Shown piece by piece: positions 20,971 through 29,981 of a stretch of 64,000 nucleotides of DNA. The stretch lies in sequence record NC_070998.1. The stretch is one strand, 5' to 3'. Positions within the stretch are counted from its first letter, which is position 1. Each line of letters opens with the position of its first letter. A program made the translations under genes and the position numbers. A model generated the notes under the pieces. It saw only the letters and a list, made by a program, of their open reading frames with translations, did not search any database and was not told the DNA's origin.

Positions 20971-21587
20971 TGCTCATCCCACAAGACTATCCGTGACCCA
21001 CCTTGGGATCCTCAGATCCCTATGAATTACAGATAGTCTTGCAGGTCGTGCACTCACTGCACCACTTCCACCCGACGAAAGGTGGCATACAGTTTGCTCA
21101 GTTAGCTCTAGTCGTCTAGCAGAGAGGCCCTGCTCTAGGGCACTAACTTACGCGCTGCTTATAACGCATCAGATGGCCTAACCGGCAAACGATGCGGGAA
21201 CTCACTGTTAGGGCGTTCCTTAATTGAGCAAGTCAGGAATAGATGATCCCGAGTTACTCTAGACGTCTTTGTTTCATGTCGCAGTCTTACTTCGACTATA
21301 ACTTTCAGACTTATTTGTCGCTTAAACGACACTACGCTTCGTCTGAAAGGCAATACCTCTTTGTTTCACGTCCTGAGGTTTTCTATTTGGGACGATCCCG
21401 CCACGTAGGGATTTGGATGTCTCTTAGCTGTTTGAATGCACCGTTAGGATAAAGGAGATATGCTGACCGAGCATTATAACAACGGGAAACAATTAAGAGA
21501 CTACTAGGACGATCACTACTTTTGAATTACCAAACAGTGATCGAATAGGTGAACCATCAATCCCACATTCACCTAACCGGGATGGTT
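20971..21587 (-). ncRNA. Candidate large ornate non-coding RNA (~620 nt), class unknown
   Basis: GC-richer than flanks, no credible ORF, more than 10 helices; G-U pairs complete helices only on the minus strand; lies in tRNA island upstream of a terminator. Confidence 0.7.
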
Positions 21588-21968
21588 AAAGTAAAAAATT
21601 GATGATTCAAGAGGGGTGTTATCCATGAGAGAAAATACTTTCTATTAAGCTTTGAGTTTCAACAAGATGTGATAGAGCATGAAGCAACAGAAGAGTTTAT
21701 TCAAACATGGATAACAATGTGGTCCGGCGACTGGAACTCGAATCCAGAAGACTTACGTCGCCACATTTTAAGTATGGTCCCTTTACCGATTTGGGCACCG
21801 CCGGAATATATAGATCGGATCTTTCTCTTTGTTGTCATGAACACCAATAGGTCTCATATTGTTTATTTACCTTAGTCACTTCAATTCGAGTCAAAGTGTA
21901 ATTTTTCGGATAAATGTTAGATTGACAAGTTTCTTGAGAAAGATCTAAATTGAGGAAACTTTGATTAC

Positions 21969-22229
21969 CTACAATTCGATATCAAAAGATATAGGATTTT
22001 CTTTGGTGAGCTTTGCAAGGAGTTCGGTGTATCCACCAATCAACTCCCCATCAAGAAAAATCTGGGGGACGGTAGAAATCTCCTTTCCGCACAACTTACT
22101 TAATCCGTCTTTACCGATACCGGTTGTAACGATATCGATGTATTCAAAATCAATTTCTTTTTGTTCTAAGAGATCCTTAGCCTTTACACAATAAGGGCAA
22201 TTTTCTCTGCCATAAACTTGTGCTTTCAT
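21969..22229 (-). CDS. grx: Glutaredoxin
   Basis: 86 aa, CPYC, TVPQIF and GGY motifs. Confidence 0.93.
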   Translation of the reverse strand: MKAQVYGRENCPYCVKAKDLLEQKEIDFEYIDIVTTGIGKDGLSKLCGKEISTVPQIFLDGELIGGYTELLAKLTKENPISFDIEL

Positions 22230-22323
22230 TTACTACCTTAAATATGGTAATAACCAGCTAGATTAAATAAGTGAGATAATGGGTAAAATTTTCTATTATA
22301 CTTATTTAACCAAGAGATTTAAA

Positions 22324-22400
22324 TGGTGGGCCTGGTGCGATTTGAACGCACTACCTAAGCCTTATGAGGACTCAGCTCTGACCAAGTGAGCTACAGGCCC
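22324..22400 (-). tRNA. tRNA-CAT, probably Ile2 (lysidine) rather than Met
   Basis: Full cloverleaf, loop CTCATAA, encoded CCA; C4-G69 and C5-G68 match TilS/Ile determinants. Confidence 0.85.
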
Positions 22401-22420
22401 TTGATTTACAAAACTTTTAT

Positions 22421-22924
22421 CTATAGCTTGAGCGTGTATCCCATATTCCGACAAACTTTTCTGTACTCTTCAAGATTAAATACTCCATTACAATCCGTGT
22501 ATTTAATCAAAGTGTTCATAGGTAATCCGGTGATTTCACAAGCTATTCTACATGTGGGATAACGTTTACCGTTAACATTCCATCCGGTCTTTTTGCGTAG
22601 CTTTTTTAGAGCGGCGCGATGTTTTTCTTCTGAGTCCCACCAGTTATCTTTACTTGTCCCTTTCATAAGGTGTTCTGGATTACAACGCCTTCTATTATGA
22701 CATGTATGTCTAACCACTTCTTCTTTTGTTATTTCACCATTGAAGACTTTATATACAAACCTATGAACAGACTCATTCTTACCAAGAAACCCATTTGGAT
22801 GAAATTGACCATAACCACCGCTAAGAGATCTGGTCCATTCCCAACATTTGTTTTCTTGATTAATAAAAATATGTGGTTTGATTTTATCTTCAAAAATAGT
22901 AAACAGTTCTTGATTAATCGTCAT
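22421..22924 (-). mobile_element. HNH endonuclease within the tRNA cluster
   Basis: CWEW, GYG, VHR and HTCHNRRRCNPEHL motifs; ATG at 22924 after TGGTG SD (track start at 22942 is TTG). Confidence 0.85.
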
Positions 22925-22944
22925 TTTATCACCATTAATCAAAT

Positions 22945-22977
22945 AGGTCGGAGCTCTAACCGCTGAGCTAAAGACCC
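22945..22977 (-). pseudogene. 5' half of a tRNA (positions 1-33), truncated at the anticodon
   Basis: GGGTCTT TA GCTC AGCGGTTA GAGC T CCGAC CT then runs into the HNH leader; no matching 3' half seen. Confidence 0.8.
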
Positions 22978-22984
22978 TGTAAAA

Positions 22985-23061
22985 TGGTGAGCTCGGTGCG
23001 ACTTGAACGCACGACAGGAAGCTTAGAAGGCTTCTATTCTATCCAACTGAATTACGAGCTC
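22985..23061 (-). tRNA. tRNA-Arg(TCT)
   Basis: Cloverleaf, stem GAAGC/GCTTC, loop CTTCTAA, encoded CCA. Confidence 0.93.
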
Positions 23062-23070
23062 TGAATAGGT

Positions 23071-23252
23071 GGGTAGGAACAAATCCTACCCGACATGTAT
23101 TACTTCGTTCTATCCCCAAGGTGCGCAAATGTCCGACCCGGTTTAGGGTTGAAATTATCAAGTGGTAGATTCGGAAGTAATAATGTTCTTTGAAATAGGG
23201 CGAGATGTTAGACCGGACTTTATACCGGTATCTCCTGGTGGTAAGTTCACCA
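23071..23252. ncRNA. Second candidate structured RNA (~180 nt)
   Basis: Four adjacent helices (GGGTAGGA/TCCTACCC, ATTACTTC/GAAGTAAT, GAGAT-ACCGG/CCGGT-ATCTC, TGGTG/CACCA); strand unresolved. Confidence 0.45.
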
Positions 23253-23328
23253 AGCAACTTATTTTCAGTCTACTAACATCTCTAAGTCGAGTAACTAGAT
23301 TAACTATTTACTTCTACTATACTTCAAC

Positions 23329-23336
23329 ATAATATA
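23329..23336 (-). promoter_or_regulatory. Early-type promoter pointing into the tRNA/ncRNA island
   Basis: Minus-strand TATATTAT just inside the terminator at 23361..23391. Confidence 0.5.
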
Positions 23337-23360
23337 AACATTATGCTTATTAAATAAAAA

Positions 23361-23391
23361 TACTCCTAGTTAGTTGGAGTAACTAGGAGTA
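23361..23391. terminator. Hairpin terminator
   Basis: TACTCCTAGTTA-GTTGGAG-TAACTAGGAGTA flanked by A tracts. Confidence 0.75.
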
Positions 23392-23987
23392 AAACAAAAA
23401 CGCATGGAAGCATTTTTGAACGGCTCGTTACTTTTTAATTAACTCTTTATAAAAACTAATTAAAAAGTAAGTGTTGATTTAACACCTACAAAAATAAACC
23501 CTACAGGAAAAAGAACAAAACAATGAAAAGAAAACCAACGCACGAAGAACCCCGAGTTCTTCCTTAAGAACACTTTGTTAAATATCCTTAAGGAAGAGAA
23601 GATGTAGGGATCATCTTCTCTGGAATAACAAGCACCTAAACGTACATGAAAGCAAGGGAATACTTTCCTAATAGTAACTCTTTTAGAATTAACATTAGGA
23701 AAGCCACAGATATCTAGGAGGAGGAAAATATCTGTGACTTTTTATTACGGAGGCTTTTCAAATGCAAGAAGCTAACTGTTAGCGGCAGTCTGACTTCTTT
23801 AAGTTCACTTAATAAAAATAAACTTAAAGAAATAAGGTAACAAATAATATTAGATGCTACCTTAAACCAAAGCGGTATAAAAACAATCAAGGATCCGATC
23901 ATGAAAAACACTACTGGTAACTACCGAACGTTTTTCTTTCACATATAATAAATAACTTGTTGTAAATAAATAAAAATATTTAAGTCC

Positions 23988-24011
23988 CATAATTTTTCAG
24001 ATAGATATTAT
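23988..24011 (+). promoter_or_regulatory. Variant early promoter
   Basis: CATAATTTTTCAGATAGATATTAT; same variant at 30791 and 58277. Confidence 0.6.
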
Positions 24012-24067
24012 TTTAATGATAAACTAGTGAGGTTTAATTTTAACCTTAAGTGTAGAGAGGGTAGTTT

Positions 24068-24481
24068 ATGAGACTATTTGGTTGTGAAGAAAAGGTAAGT
24101 GGAAGAGATCGACAAGTTTTCGTGTTTAAGGATTTTGTTATTAAACTTCCTAGAACTGAAAGCTGGTTGTCATTTGTGAGAGGACTATGTTCCAACCTTA
24201 AGGAAATTGAAACTGTTACCAATTACGATGGGTTGTTTCCAGATCAGATCATGGAGATAAAGTGGTCGGGATTTTTCGGGATCGTACTTGTAGTTAAACG
24301 CTACCAGGAAGTTAGGGATGTGTCTGAACATAGATGCAGGTTCTTTAACAGACTGGAACGAATTTACGGTGCTGATACATCTGATTGGAAATTCATCTGG
24401 GATGAAGATAACAAAGTCTTTAATTACGGCTGGGACAAATACGGACGGCTCGTAAAATTAGATATTGGGGTTTATTACTGA
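24068..24481 (+). CDS. Minimal protein-kinase-like protein A1
   Basis: GRDRQV loop, VIK, alphaC Glu, DNKVFN catalytic loop, VKLDIG; ends 3 aa later. Confidence 0.65.
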   Translation: MRLFGCEEKVSGRDRQVFVFKDFVIKLPRTESWLSFVRGLCSNLKEIETVTNYDGLFPDQIMEIKWSGFFGIVLVVKRYQEVRDVSEHRCRFFNRLERIYGADTSDWKFIWDEDNKVFNYGWDKYGRLVKLDIGVYY

Positions 24482-24882
24482 TGAAGCTCTTTACACTCCC
24501 AATAAATCCTGGGACTACAAGAAATATTTTAATCTTTAAACATTTTGTAATAAAACTTCCAAGAACGTGTAGTTGGGATCTTTGGAAACCCAATCTTAGT
24601 GATTTTAAAGCTAGTCTTGCAGTAAATAGATTGGAGCGCAAGAACATCAAACAAAATCAGGATGTTCCCGGAATCCCTAAGTTATATTTTTCAGACCCCT
24701 TTGGTTTTATCATCATTATGAAACGTTATCGAAAGTTTGACTCGGTAGCTCAGTACGTAAAACTTTATGATGAACTCATTAAAACATCGAGGTTGGAAAA
24801 AGAGTTCTGGGAAGATGATGCCTGTATCAGTAATTTTGGTTTAGACGAAAACAATCAAATTGTAAAAATTGACTTAGGTTAG
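24481..24882 (+). CDS. Minimal protein-kinase-like protein B1
   Basis: GTTRNI, VIK, NRLE, DACISN, terminal VKIDLG; TGATG coupling to A1. Confidence 0.65.
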   Translation: MKLFTLPINPGTTRNILIFKHFVIKLPRTCSWDLWKPNLSDFKASLAVNRLERKNIKQNQDVPGIPKLYFSDPFGFIIIMKRYRKFDSVAQYVKLYDELIKTSRLEKEFWEDDACISNFGLDENNQIVKIDLG

Positions 24883-24891
24883 GAGTGGTAT

Positions 24892-25506
24892 ATGAACTTT
24901 GATCAAATTAAGAAACGTGTTCAGCTTAATTTGCGTAATGCGTTTTCTGTAACTCATGTTAAACAGGAGTTGGTTAATCAAAAACTCATTAAAGACATGA
25001 GAGTACTGTGTGAATTTCGGGTCGAGTGCATTAGTTTTGTACTTAACAACGAGGAGAAACACTTTATCTTTTATATCGATAAACTCGATGGTCTTTATTT
25101 CACTAGGAGTAAAGAAGGGATGTTGGACGAACTTACTTCTAGAATACGTTATTACGATTTTACCTTTGAACTCACCGATGATCCTGAGTACCGTAATGAC
25201 ATCACCGGTAAACTTCTGGAAAGTATTATCGGTCGTGAAGCTCGTCAGCAGATGCACAACACTTTCAACTTCTGGAAGGAAGAAGCACAAGCCCGAGGCA
25301 ATAACTTCTTTTACACACTAGGTTACAAAGTAACTGGGTACAATAAACGCACCATGTCGTTTACAGCTGACTTTGAACTTAACGTTCGAAAAGAGGATGA
25401 AGACGAATTTATCAGTTATCGTGGTCAGTTTGTCGATGGTTCTGCTGTTAACATTAAAACAGACTGGAATGGTGTTTATGTGACACTTTCCGATATCTTC
25501 TATTAA
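24892..25506 (+). CDS. Hypothetical early protein
   Basis: 204 aa, AGGAG SD, terminator at 25523..25540. Confidence 0.75.
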   Translation: MNFDQIKKRVQLNLRNAFSVTHVKQELVNQKLIKDMRVLCEFRVECISFVLNNEEKHFIFYIDKLDGLYFTRSKEGMLDELTSRIRYYDFTFELTDDPEYRNDITGKLLESIIGREARQQMHNTFNFWKEEAQARGNNFFYTLGYKVTGYNKRTMSFTADFELNVRKEDEDEFISYRGQFVDGSAVNIKTDWNGVYVTLSDIFY

Positions 25507-25575
25507 TTATGTGATAGACATCCAGGGAGGTAACTCCCTGTTATTTTTACACGTTAATAGTCGGGGATTGGTCTA

Positions 25576-26259
25576 ATGGGAACGATAGGTTTGAAAATTA
25601 AAATGTTGTTTGTTTATGTTATTTTGAAGATTATGTCCAAAAACATAGAAGTAATCAACGAGAAAGTTAAAGAGTTGGTTATCTGGGCTAATGGTAAAAA
25701 TAACGACAATGTTCTTTTGGGCGGGATTGGAAGTGTGGAAGTTCGCTTGGTGAAAGAGGGTAGAGGATGGTGGATTCATATTAAAGGTCTAGGTGTACCT
25801 TTGATCAAGGATCGACTCACCAACGGTTTCTATGCTTTCAATAAGAAGACCGTGGGACGTCTGGAGGCTCTTTTCATTACCTGGGCTGGGGTAGACTTCA
25901 AACACGACATCGATCACATCTGTGACTATATCAAGGGATTTGACTACATGTGTCAAGTTCCTGAGTTTGGCATCTTTGATCGTATTCGTGAAACCAAGAA
26001 AGAAGTTCACTTTACCCCTCACGAAGACTTTGGCAATTACATTGATGTGAGAGGTAATGTTGCTCGTAAGGTCTATGGACAATATTCCCTGGAATTGTGT
26101 TTTAAGATCAATTCAAAGTTTTGCCGAGGGTTTGTGGGTGAGTTAGTTATTGATGAAATCAAACCTATCGATATTACTACCGTATTCACTCAGAAGGAAT
26201 TTAACAAGTCCCTGGGTTGGTTGGTATCGGATTACGTTCAAAACGTCGTAAAGTGTTAA
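25576..26259 (+). CDS. Hypothetical early protein (start may be 25633)
   Basis: Long ORF followed by hairpin at 26269..26292. Confidence 0.7.
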   Translation: MGTIGLKIKMLFVYVILKIMSKNIEVINEKVKELVIWANGKNNDNVLLGGIGSVEVRLVKEGRGWWIHIKGLGVPLIKDRLTNGFYAFNKKTVGRLEALFITWAGVDFKHDIDHICDYIKGFDYMCQVPEFGIFDRIRETKKEVHFTPHEDFGNYIDVRGNVARKVYGQYSLELCFKINSKFCRGFVGELVIDEIKPIDITTVFTQKEFNKSLGWLVSDYVQNVVKC

Positions 26260-26327
26260 ATAGACATGCTGAGAAGGAGAGATCCTTCTCAGTGTTATTA
26301 TTTTTGCTGTCCAATGGAGTGTAGGAA

Positions 26328-26990
26328 ATGAAAACAGTATTTGATCGCGCTGATAAAGCAGTATTGAATATGGCACGGATCGTCAACCTCTTTGCTTGTG
26401 ATAAAGAGATTCTGGAAGCCATAGAAATTGAGTTGATAGGTTCTCGTGGTAAGAAAATCAATATTCTTACCTGCGGTAATGTAAAACTGCAAGCAGTGAT
26501 AGAAGACATGAATGTTTATCTGGGTTTTGGAGATGTTAGGTTCAAAGAAGAGTGTCTCCCTACCCTTCCTGGATGTTCTTTTAAAATCAACTTGTTGGTC
26601 AAGAACCACGACGAGATTTCTAATGATCTTCGTAAACGGTTTATCATTACCTATGAAAGTCGTTACAGAACCGCACTGCAACGCTTTATGAACAATTTGA
26701 AAGCTGGTTCCATGCAAAGGTCAGGATTCTGGTCAAAGCTGTTTAAACGGGGTCGGGTAAGCTTTAAGTCTGCTAACCCGGTTATCAATGAAATGTTCAC
26801 TTTGAAAGAAGTGGTCCCGTTTAACGGATACGATTTAACATTGAAGTTTGATATCCTGGGCGAGATTAAGGGAATAGGAACTTACTACAACAATTACAAC
26901 CCTGATATTTACATGTCAGTTTCTAAAGATACTCCTGAGAAACTCACTGATGGTGTTATCGGTAACATCATGAGCAAATACATCCTGTAA
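26328..26990 (+). CDS. Hypothetical early protein
   Basis: 220 aa, GGAG/AGGA SD. Confidence 0.72.
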   Translation: MKTVFDRADKAVLNMARIVNLFACDKEILEAIEIELIGSRGKKINILTCGNVKLQAVIEDMNVYLGFGDVRFKEECLPTLPGCSFKINLLVKNHDEISNDLRKRFIITYESRYRTALQRFMNNLKAGSMQRSGFWSKLFKRGRVSFKSANPVINEMFTLKEVVPFNGYDLTLKFDILGEIKGIGTYYNNYNPDIYMSVSKDTPEKLTDGVIGNIMSKYIL

Positions 26991-27009
26991 TCTAGGAAGG
27001 AAAATAACT

Positions 27010-27768
27010 ATGAAAACTTTTAATCCATGTGAGAGAATGTCCTCACTCCATTCCGCCATGGATGTCAACTATGCACTTATTCAAGATTTCCGTGAACTGG
27101 GGTATTCTCAGTTCTTTCTTCCACTGTTGGAGTATAACAACTATGCTCGTAAACATCTGAAAGAAACTATTGCTAGTTTAAATGTTAGAGGAGAGTTTGA
27201 ACTTAAAATTGGAGTAGTCTGTAAGAACCAGATTAGTTTGGTTCGTAATAAACAACACAAATACTCTCTTCATGTTTCTGATGTTTACACTCAGGATAAA
27301 GAGATTATTTCTTTGTCTGGTATTCGTGATCTGTTTAACGAAGCTCAGGTCAGTATGATCATGACTAGACTGAATGCTTGTAAGTATCCGGAAGATCTCT
27401 ATTACAAACACTTTGAGATTATTCGTTCTAACATTGCTAAGTCTTTGACAGTGGGAAAGGTTAGCTTTGTTGATAAGCTTCTCAAACGTCCTAAGGAGAT
27501 TTCCTTTGACACCGGCGGATACACAGAAGGAAAATGGGTAGAAGCTCCGTATACAGCTTACTATGGGCTTTGGGGAAATGTTGAGGTTGAAGGACGGTGT
27601 AACTATTACGTTGGTATGATTAATCTTAGTTTGTTCCCTGAGATCCATACACCGGTTCACATCAAGCATTTTAAAGTTCTGTTCAATAAAGATCTTAAAA
27701 GTCTAGGGACTTACTTGGCTAAAGATATTGCGAGTCAGGTGTGTCAAGCGCTAGGTCCTAAATTCTAG
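27010..27768 (+). CDS. Hypothetical early protein
   Basis: 252 aa, AAGGA SD; weak similarity to 26328..26990 (F..KL.KR...SF). Confidence 0.72.
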   Translation: MKTFNPCERMSSLHSAMDVNYALIQDFRELGYSQFFLPLLEYNNYARKHLKETIASLNVRGEFELKIGVVCKNQISLVRNKQHKYSLHVSDVYTQDKEIISLSGIRDLFNEAQVSMIMTRLNACKYPEDLYYKHFEIIRSNIAKSLTVGKVSFVDKLLKRPKEISFDTGGYTEGKWVEAPYTAYYGLWGNVEVEGRCNYYVGMINLSLFPEIHTPVHIKHFKVLFNKDLKSLGTYLAKDIASQVCQALGPKF

Positions 27769-27829
27769 ATGTTTCATTTATTACAGGGTTGATTTTTAAT
27801 TAAACTAAATTTAGATAAGGAAAAATACC

Positions 27830-28414
27830 ATGTTTAAAAATGTTAATGAAATTGTTCAATATAAAGAACAGATTAAACAAGTCATTCACGACATAACCTC
27901 ACCGAAAGCTGAAAGTAAAGAGGTCGATATAAATATTAAAGAGATACAAGAAGTATTAAGAATTTCTTTTATCGACCTTAGAGGAGATCATAAGGTAGTG
28001 AAATTTGATTTGATTAAAAATATTTTTGATTCTGGGGAACAACAACTGGCGTCTATTAAAAACATTAGCACATTTACTGAATTAGATTTCTTTGCTAATG
28101 GTGAGGTGATGAAAGAAAGCGTTGACGCTTGTTACGAACTATTCTTTATTACATTTGTTACTCGTTTAGTGAGCAACTCGGTTTATGTTGTACATGACGT
28201 TTTCAAAGGAAATTTACTTCTTGATTTCTTAAAATCAGGACAGCTTAAAGGGTTAGATATAAAGAACACGACTAGAACAGTAAAGTACACAGTCTTTGAT
28301 AAACATGAAAATGTCGTTTGGGAAACTTCAATGAGTAATAGAACAGGATGTAAGCATTTCAAGTTAATTGGGGATCTGAATTGGTTAATAAATAGGAATT
28401 GGTATTTTCAGTAA
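27830..28414 (+). CDS. Hypothetical protein
   Basis: 194 aa, TAAGGA SD, very AT-rich. Confidence 0.7.
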   Translation: MFKNVNEIVQYKEQIKQVIHDITSPKAESKEVDINIKEIQEVLRISFIDLRGDHKVVKFDLIKNIFDSGEQQLASIKNISTFTELDFFANGEVMKESVDACYELFFITFVTRLVSNSVYVVHDVFKGNLLLDFLKSGQLKGLDIKNTTRTVKYTVFDKHENVVWETSMSNRTGCKHFKLIGDLNWLINRNWYFQ

Positions 28415-28571
28415 TGGGTAAGGCGATTTATTTGTCTTACCCATTTATTTTAACATTACATTTTTATGTAAAAAGTATATTATATGTAATTGGTTTACTT
28501 TTCTTGATTTTTGAACGTCATTTAACTTGGTTTCTTCACTCCTTTTTAAATCGGATTTATTTTCGATTTAA

Positions 28572-28660
28572 GGGGGGTTTGGGGGGTCCAGGTCAAAGTG
28601 GGGTCCAAAGGTCAAGTGCGGGTCCAATTACCTAGTTCGGGTGAGTGGGCGGCTGGAAGC
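28572..28660. repeat. G-rich tract with about 2.5 tandem GGGTCCA(AA)GGTCAA(A)GTG units
   Basis: G6-TTT-G6 then G4 and G3 runs inside an AT-rich intergenic gap. Confidence 0.75.
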
Positions 28661-28863
28661 CTATTATACTTAATTAGTAAAATGAGTATGATGGTAAGAT
28701 AAGAATGAACGTAGTGAATGCCTTATCCATCAATACGAATGAACTGTAACTAGGTAAGAAGAAAAGTAATACATTTTAAAGATACTACAAACAACTTACT
28801 CTGGGTGAATAACCTGGGGTAAGGGAATATGTTTGTTCATTTAAATAAACTATTAAAGAGGAT

Positions 28864-29208
28864 ATGAGAGTGAATATTGAAAAAGAAGTTGAACTGTTAA
28901 TAAAGACTTTTAAAAATATATATTTTAATATTGATAAAGAATCATTAGTAATTTCCATAAAACCTATCAACATTAAACAACTTGGGCATATCTCAGTTAG
29001 TAAAGAAAATGAACAACAACTTGTAGAACTATTAGATAATCAAGTTAATTTAAGATGGGGTTATGGTTTCTGCCAAGAGTCTCCCATTATTGAGATTTAT
29101 TTAGGTGATGGGAAAAGGGGTTGTTGTTTTGATAGTATACAGACATTATCTCCAACCACTGAAGGGCTAGTAGAACTAATAGTGGAGTTATTTGAAGATC
29201 TAACTTAG
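28864..29208 (+). CDS. Hypothetical protein
   Basis: 114 aa, GAGGA SD. Confidence 0.62.
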   Translation: MRVNIEKEVELLIKTFKNIYFNIDKESLVISIKPINIKQLGHISVSKENEQQLVELLDNQVNLRWGYGFCQESPIIEIYLGDGKRGCCFDSIQTLSPTTEGLVELIVELFEDLT

Positions 29209-29390
29209 AGAACAGTTTATGCTAAGTTCATCAGGATTGATAATACTTACTAGTTTATTGATAAAGGCTGTAACTAGTAAACTAGAGTTTACACCTGGAA
29301 CGTTACAAGATTCAGATTTCTACGCTTTAATTAAATCAATTGGTGAAAATCTAGTTTATTAAACTTTTACATTAAATCTAGGAGAAGAAA

Positions 29391-29897
29391 ATGAAACTAA
29401 CAATGCGTGAAGTTAATCTCATGATTAACAATAACATCTATCTCTTTGGGAAATTCCTGGATAAGGAGATAGATCGAGTAGAGATCAAGTTACCGGATAA
29501 CGAAGAAGTGGGAGTTGATCGCACTATTGTTTTCCAACATGGCACTGAAGAGAATGGGGTGATACAGTTTATTACTGGTGATAAGGATCCGATCACAAAG
29601 AAGATCAAGATTAAAGTACGGGAAGAGGAACTCCACGTAAAACTTGCATCTAAACTGGAGCTGGCAGAGGCATTAATTCAGCGAGAACTGGGGGACATTA
29701 TGCTGGAATCCAGTTTCAATGAAATGGTGGATGATCCGGAAGTGAATAAGCAGGTGTGTCCATTTATTTCCAATAAGAGAATTGATGAGTACGTTCTCAC
29801 ATCCACACAGGAACTGGATGGTAGATTGTCAATAATTTTGTTGAGTCTTTATATTCAAGGTTCGTACTGGATTGATCGACCCATGGAAGTAAAATAA
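29391..29897 (+). CDS. Hypothetical early protein
   Basis: 168 aa, TCTAGGAGAAGAAA leader, terminator at 29913..29944. Confidence 0.72.
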   Translation: MKLTMREVNLMINNNIYLFGKFLDKEIDRVEIKLPDNEEVGVDRTIVFQHGTEENGVIQFITGDKDPITKKIKIKVREEELHVKLASKLELAEALIQRELGDIMLESSFNEMVDDPEVNKQVCPFISNKRIDEYVLTSTQELDGRLSIILLSLYIQGSYWIDRPMEVK

Positions 29898-29981
29898 ATA
29901 ATAACTAACGATAACTTACTCTGGGCCTTAACCCAGAGTAAGTTCTGTTTTTCATATTACTAATAAGTCTAGGAGAAGAAA

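Noticed and set aside
20971-21587. tmRNA, RNase P, group I or group II identity for the large RNA; ORFs 21159..21353 and 21243..21452
   Set aside because: No tRNA-like ends or tag, no GGAAAGUCC/P4, no correctly ordered R/S elements, no domain V; ORFs lack SD and coding character
22324-22400. tRNA-Met call
   Set aside because: Acceptor pairs C4-G69 and C5-G68 fit Ile2 better; not fully excluded
23400-23950. AT-rich gap and ORF 23714..23911
   Set aside because: Only scattered short hairpins; ORF has no SD; not supportable as a gene or origin
28399-28635. 78-aa ORF across the G-rich tract
   Set aside because: Low-complexity reading of a repeat; overlaps the upstream stop; no SD
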